A stretch of 64,000 bases of DNA, from the NCBI GenBank assembly GCA_009914755.4, contig CP068257.2, forward strand, positions 19,488,001-19,552,000, given 5' to 3'. Position 1 is the first letter of the stretch. Each line of letters starts with the position of its first letter. Shown here one piece after another: positions 58,236-64,000 of the stretch. This DNA comes from the human T2T-CHM13v2.0 reference genome, Homo sapiens. The translations under genes were made by a program, and so were the position numbers. The notes beneath the pieces were generated by a model. The model was not told the DNA's origin and searched no databases. It saw nothing but the letters and a program-made list of their open reading frames with translations.

Positions 58236-59630
58236 TCTACCTCCTGTTAACTACTCAATAATATAATTTATTTATTCAAAAAATGTTAATTGCTGTGTTG
58301 AAGATATAGATGTTTCCAGAGAAGCAGACATTTTCTATGAAAGGGATTTAATACAAGAAAATACTATACATTAAAGATTAGTTTTTTATCTATTCAAACA
58401 TTCACTAATTAGTTTTTGCCTTGTTTCACAAGAGGTTAATGTATTTATTGTGGTTTATGATAAAGCACTCTAAAACAATACCATAAAATGAAGCAAGCCA
58501 TCATTCTAGAAAGAAGGAAGAGTTATGTAGAGAAATGAAAACACTGTATTAGTGTCTCAAGCCTCAAACTGTACCAATGCTGTGAGAAATTCAGGAACAA
58601 AAAGTAATTTAGTATGAAGTTATCAACATGATATTTCTCAGAATTGTGTGGTATGTAGCACATGTATTTTAAAGAATGTTATGATATTCTGTGATCATGC
58701 CAAGTACATGAGTGGGTCATTTTCTTTTCTCATGAGTACTTTACCTTCAATGTTGCTGAAAACAAGCTATATTCTGAAACCTAACCTACTGATCAAACTA
58801 TACATTTGCACATTAGAAAAGGGCTTGCTTCGATTACATTTTTAAAAATGTAAGCACAGTTTTGTATGCCTTTGCCTAGATATTTTTCCATTGTCTTGAG
58901 ATTTGCTGAAATAAGGGAATATGGCAGTAGGAAGAAAAGGACTTTTGATTTGAGTTCTAATTTTTTATCATCTTTAATATATACAGCTACTGTATATATT
59001 TAATAGTTTCCTCTGTAAATAGGTAGTTAAATCTGTCTCTTTACCGACTTACCATTTTGTAGTCCATAAATAATCTCAGCATTTTATACAACTGAAAACC
59101 TATTTGGTATGAGAATGAAATAAGTAATGTTAAAGCAGAATTACATAGTTTACAATAACTAATTTGTTATCATGCTTACCCAATTACCAAAACCTTGTTG
59201 CATGCTTGTCGTGTGCGTTGTCAAAAATTAAAATAAAGTCTTATTTCTCTTAAAATATGAATTTTGTGAATGTGCCTATGACTGATGGCCACACATCCTT
59301 CGTAGGACAGCTGCTCATCAATTAGACCCTTTCCTATCTTAGGGCCTTTACACTTTCTGAAACTTCTACTGAAAAGCCTTTCTGCAGACACTTTCAGAAC
59401 TCAGCTTCTTCATTCCTTACTCAGTTCTTTTCTGAAATGTTTTCTTCTTTGTGACCGTTCCTTTAGTCCTTCAATGTTTCTTATCCTCTTCCTTCATTTT
59501 TTTTCCTGCACAATATTTATCACCATCAGACAGATCTTGTATTAATTTATCAGTCTGCTGCCTGTCTCCCTGTCCCATAGGATGTAATCTCTGTTACCAC
59601 AGGAAATAATTTTTGTTTAATATTGTTCAC

Positions 59631-59774
59631 AGCCAGCCTTGGTGGCTTATGCCTATAATCCCAGCAATTTGGGAAGCTGAGGTGGGAGGATTGCTTGATC
59701 CCAGGAGTTTGAGACCAGCCTGGGCAACATGGTGAGACCACCATCTCTAAAAAAAAAAAAAAAACAAATAAAAA
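59631..59774 (+). mobile_element. Free left Alu monomer (FLAM-like) or 3'-truncated Alu with A-rich tail
   Basis: AGCCAGCCTTGGTGGCTTATGCCTATAATCCCAGCAATTTGGGAAGCTGAGGTGGGAGGATTGCTTGATCCCAGGAGTTTGAGACCAGCCTGGGCAACATGGTGAGACCACCATCTCT(A)16CAAATAAAAAT. Only about 120 bp of Alu body, with no right monomer. Confidence 0.8.
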
Positions 59775-62700
59775 TATTGCTCATTACTGTATCCCGAGCA
59801 CCTGGAATAGCTACCAACACATAGTAGTCACTTAGTAATAATTTTGAACAAATGAATTGATCATTTTTTAGGAAATGATAATTCAGCATTAAAATTAATG
59901 AAATATTTAACAAATATATTTTAACTGGTATTGATATAAACCTTCCCATGTTGATTCATGTAGAGTATTATTTAGTAACTTTATAATAGTGTTAAATTCC
60001 ACAAGAGCAGTTGGAAATATATATTAGTTTCCTCATTGGCGCATCTCACACAGTGTAAGAGGCAAACATCTCTACCATGAATTCTCTGCACAGTAGAAAA
60101 ATGTTTTAATAAATGGTTAAGGTTGAGTGTGGTTACTATTTTCACATTAAATCCAGAATATGTGTTTTCAGATGAAATGAATTCCTCCAGTTTTACTCTG
60201 GTCTTAAGTTGCAGAGGCAGTAGCTTCAACTTTGATATTCATCTCTATTATCCCAGCTATTAATGTGATTCATGGTACTGAATAACATCTATAAATTTTG
60301 TCATGTGTCTGTTTTATCATTTTCATCAGTGTTTTGCTCTAGTTGAATTGGCTTTGATAAAATTTATATTAGCTATCTTCACTAACCCAATTTTATTTTA
60401 GCTCTTCAATTTAGAATGTTACTTCTCATGCAATTGCTATCATACCCCAGTGCACTGGAAAGGCAATATCTTTCTAAAATATACTGTGGTTATTATTTTA
60501 ACAGAGATCAGCACTTGGCAACTTGACACGTTGGGCAGCATTGTTCCTACTAAGATATACGTAGGCCTCATCCAAATCGTTTTAGTCACTTACTCAAAGT
60601 GTTCTATGGAACATTTGCTCTTCTGTGAGACAAAATAAATAGTCCAGCAAAAGTAAGATAATTTGATAATTTTTAAAACCAAATTTTGAACGTGTACTTT
60701 TATAATGTTTGTATTAAGTAATGCAATACAGATGATAAATCCTTCCACCAGCAGTGACTGTGCATACATTCTGTGATAGACTTGTTGCTAAAATATGGTA
60801 TGGGAATAAGTAGCCGTTTTTGAGAAGTTACTAAATCTTAGGCATGGTGCTAAGAATGTTATATAAATTACTTTTTGCAGTCTGTACTACAACCATATGA
60901 GACAGGCGTTTGTTTATTATTTCCATTTTACAGGAGAGGAAATTCAGGGACAACAAGGTTAAAAAATTTGCCTGGGTCACATAACTGATACATTATGAGG
61001 CCAGAATTAAAATGCTTGTGGTTTGACTTCAGAAGCAACTCTCTTAATCCTAATGCTGTGATGGCTCCCACATAACTGAATAACAGAGCCACCGTGGATA
61101 GTGTCTATGAGAGAGAGAAACAAGCAGATCTGTCTTTACTGTGAAGTGAATTTTGTGGCAGTAGTAAGTAAGAGATGCCATGGGGACATATTAGTGGGGG
61201 CAGCTAAATCAGCTTTGGGAGGTAAGGACATGAGGAAATGGTAAGGGGAGAGACCTTGTTAATCTTTTCACTGTCGTATTCCCCCACCTGGCCATGGCAG
61301 TACTTGGCAAGAGAATGTGCTAAACAGGTACTGTTAAACTGGTAAATTAATCAGGTGTGACATCTAAGCAAAATCTTAAAATTTCAATGTATGAAATCCC
61401 AAGAGATCTCTTTGAGAAATTCGTATGATTATAATGTAGATGAGTCTCAGACTACTTGTTCTATGCATTGTTATATTCTTACTGTGTAGTATCTAAAACA
61501 CCACCTCAGTGTTACTGACCAAGAAGACTAAGTGTCACTCCAATTTATTATAGTAAGGCTACATTGGAAAAATAACGAAAAAAAAATTAAAAGAAAAACC
61601 GACCAACTTCATGATCCCACATTTTCATTTTAAAGATCTAGCAGTTGATACATGTAAAGAGATGGGATTGAATGCTGACCACTACATTTTAATCAGTTTA
61701 TGATCCTAATAAGAATTTACCAGAATGTTTATTATCTTAGGTATTAAAATGGCAAAGGAGAAAAACATTCGTTTTCTAATACTTATATAGTAATACAAGT
61801 ATTACTTGGGGAATGTGTTTGGGCTTTGGAGGAATTTTACTATTATTGTACAATTTTTGTTTGAATTATATACGATGGTTTGAAAAGAGGTAATTTAGCT
61901 ATTCTGATAAAATTTAGGTTAGGGAATTTGTGGAGGAAGGAATACAACCAGGGAATTAGTTTCTATAAGGACATGGGAAATGCTAGTGACTTCACCTGCC
62001 AAGGGAGTGCTTTAAAGTTGGGATTTATAAAATAAAAAAAAAAAGAAAAGAAAAAAGTAATCTTTTTATGATATCTTCAAAGAGTGTTGAACATTCTCTG
62101 TTTTAACTGTGGAGTACATTTTGGTACTTTAAAGGCTGGTAGCATCATACAATGGTTCTCAGAATGGGCAGCTTCTTACAGTCACCTTGGGGATCCTTTA
62201 AAATCTGATGCCTGGGCTCCCCTTATAGATTAGGATTTAATTGGTACAGGATGCAGACCTGGGCATGAATACATATTGTTAAGCTCTCCAGGTGATTCCA
62301 GTGCACAACCATTGTTAATAATAACTAATCCAGACCTCTATAGCAAATTAAAATCAGGATGGTTATTTATTGGAAAGAGTTAATATTCAAATAACAGTGT
62401 CTCTATGTCACATCCCAGTTTCTTGCCAATTTTCCCTTCTAGTAAATACCTAGAGTATTAATATTGAAAGAAATTGTTCCTTGTTCTCAGTGAACCTCTA
62501 ATGAAATGAATCAGCATTGAAAACCCTAGGCTATTTCTAGGAAGAGAAAATGAATTTTATTATTTTGAAAGTTGTTCACCAAATACTGTCATTTTAGCAC
62601 TTCTGCAGCCTATTTTTAAAAATAAGTTTATGACTTGGAGTGGGAGGGATGGCTGTACACCACACTTACAGATGCATTTGTCTGAGGTGATAGGGGAGTC

Positions 62701-64000
62701 AGCACTAATTTAGTCAGTGTGGACAAGTGACATCGTATTTTCAGTAGGATGAGAGTAATGTGCATATGCAAAATAATGATACATTTCCCAGACATTTGAT
62801 AGTACCTCAAAGCAAGTTAAAATGACAATTTAATCTTCTGCAGTTATGAAATAAAATCTAACATTTAACACACTCTTACAAAAACCGATATTCACTATAG
62901 GTGGGTTTTATTTTTATTTTTCAGATTTTTGGCTGAAATTAATAAGAATGCCTGTCTAAAAATCACGTTCATCCATATGTTGTAGATGTCATTTTTGTTC
63001 TATACTTCATTACTTTTGAGAGTAGTTGGAGATTAGCAAAGACTCATGTTGAAAGGTCTTCAAACTTAAGGCACGTGGTTATGAGCCATTTTCTTCAGGT
63101 ACTCAATTTCATCTTTAGCTAACTTTCTTGTAATGACTCCTGTCTAGCATGACTTTTGAAATTGCAATCTTCCTTCTAGAATTATTTCTACTTTACTTGT
63201 AAAAAATTGCCTTTTCCTTTATATTTTCTAGCTTTTATGGAAAAATAATTATCAACATTTATTATTTGCTTTTCACTTTCAAAGTCAGCCATACGATCAC
63301 TTTGAGAAATGGTTTAGTCACATCTCCCAAAGCTTGTGTTGTAGTATCACCCAGCTGTTCTACTCTTCCATATACTTGCAGCAGAAATAAAGTATATTCA
63401 TAGCAGCACTATTAAAAATAGCCCCAAATTGGAAACTATGTGACTGCCAATCAGTATTAAAGTGGTGAGTGTATTGTATCATGTTCACACATAAATTTAC
63501 TGTGCAGTAATGAGAAATAACATCTAAAGGAATATGCATAAAAGTGGGTAATTTTCAATATATCATATTGAAGAAAAGGAATAAGAAGAAAGTGTAATAT
63601 ATAGTTCCATTAATATACAATAAAAATGCAGCCCGAACTAACATTTTAGAAGACAGGATCGTGATAGCCAGGTCAAAGTGAGGAAGCAGATTGCAGTGGT
63701 AATAACATAAGAGATGCTTCTGGAGCACTGATGCGGTTCTCTTTCTTGACATAGATTCTAGTTATTTTCAGTCTGTGACAGTTCATAGAGAAGTAACTTT
63801 ATAATGCATGAGGGGTTTTTTTTGTTGTTAGAGGAGCATTATGACATAGACAAAACAAATTATCGCTAGTCCCATTATAAAGAGAAGTGAATTATGTTAA
63901 AGCTATCAAAAATTAGTTTTCAAAGGTCACAAGGGTAATAGTTTTTTGTGTAATAGCTCAAATTTATGTCTTCTTTTTTCATCTCTTTTCTAAGGAACTT

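Overview
The window reads as primate (human-type) nuclear DNA. It is AT-rich, strongly CpG-depleted and dominated by interspersed repeats, and I find no supportable protein-coding gene, RNA gene, CRISPR array or prokaryote-style system in it.

What I can support from the sequence:
- At least 15 full-length Alu elements plus 3 partial ones. Most have A-rich tails and readable target-site duplications. One young-looking Alu is nested inside an older Alu.
- LINE-1 fragments in three places: a composite antisense block at about 27.1-30.9 kb, a 3.5 kb sense-strand copy of an older LINE-1 at about 45.1-48.7 kb carrying an Alu insertion, and a small antisense piece at about 58.0-58.2 kb.
- Several ERVL-MaLR (MLT1-type) solitary LTRs, a MIR-like scrap and numerous simple repeats.

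Every ORF in the supplied track over about 90 aa lies inside an Alu, an LTR or low-complexity sequence. The longest, 146 aa at 52928-53368, is an Alu read-through.

The more interesting structures are non-genic:
- a GC/CpG-containing minisatellite with two nested periodicities at 24.59-24.95 kb;
- a roughly 190-bp AT-rich near-perfect inverted repeat next to an 89-bp tandem duplication at 25.18-25.54 kb;
- a roughly 170-bp polypyrimidine (H-DNA-type) tract at 55.39-55.56 kb;
- a 34-bp tandem duplication that re-copies an Alu insertion junction at 15.15-15.22 kb;
- a 62-bp, roughly 95%-identical segment present twice 2.1 kb apart, flanking an LTR plus L1 block.

Repeat family assignments come from my recall of consensus sequences, not from a database search, and element boundaries are approximate (about ±5 bp).
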